DNA from: Mobula hypostoma
Lineage: Eukaryota
Assembly: GCF_963921235.1 (NCBI RefSeq)
Contig: NC_086097.1
Span: 87,794,001 to 87,858,000, forward strand
Length of the DNA stretch: 64,000 bases
Direction of reading: 5' to 3'
In this document: in pieces, positions 63,581 to 64,000 of the stretch
Layout: every line of letters begins with the position of its first letter
Numbering within the stretch: position 1 is the first letter of the stretch
Program-made: the position numbers and the translations under genes
The notes under the pieces: generated by a model
Told to the model about the DNA's origin: nothing
What the model saw: the letters and a program-made list of their open reading frames with translations, nothing else
Databases searched by the model: none

Positions 63581-64000
63581 TTATTGGGTAGTGCTACTCC
63601 AAAGAAAGTTGATGTGCTTGAGTGCTTTTAGTTCTAGAGTCTGAACATTCACACGTATGCACCAACTACACTTTTGTAAAAAGACATCCACTTGGGCTAC
63701 ACATTGTTCATTTCTGGACTGTGAACCTTGTCCAAATCCTGGTCAGGGCATTCCTGTAGCAAAGACACATCACTGCAGGGCTTGGTGTAGAATCAAGCAA
63801 TGAGGCATTCTGCAGAGTCTGCCTGAAAAGGATGTTGCTGGGTTGACCAGGATGAGATGCTCAGTGTCTGATGAAAGATCCGTCGCTCCTTGTTTTTGCT
63901 TGGCTATGCAGCTTTCCCCAAGCTGGAGCTTTCTCAATGAACGACCAGGGATCACCTTTTGAGCCTATTACCATGGAGCCATCTTCAGGCTTGGGAGAGT

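Overview
Eukaryotic genomic DNA. The repeat content (CR1, Rex1/Babar, Penelope, V-SINE, Tigger, hAT) suggests a cartilaginous fish, probably a ray; this is an inference. The window holds seven consecutive internal coding exons of a + strand SIPA1-like Rap GTPase-activating gene, best matching SIPA1L1. They cover the RapGAP domain through the PDZ domain, have GT-AG boundaries and splice in consistent phase; the gene start and end lie outside the window. The introns are dense with transposable elements: Rex1/Babar and CR1 LINEs, a decayed Gypsy LTR element with three nested insertions, a Neptune-like Penelope element, a near-full-length Tigger nested in a non-autonomous copy of its own family, a decayed Buster/Charlie hAT, several MITEs and SINEs. 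The most interesting signals are (i) short Penelope-tail insertions that carry a minimal type I hammerhead ribozyme, several flanked by TSDs, with one copy intact and one as a 52-bp fold-back; (ii) cross-superfamily hAT/Tigger chimeras; (iii) reuse of one hAT target site; and (iv) a 64-bp inverted duplication near the PDZ exon acceptor. I see no prokaryote-type system or clearly novel protein-coding system. TE family names come from recalled motifs, not a database search. Decayed repeat boundaries are approximate.
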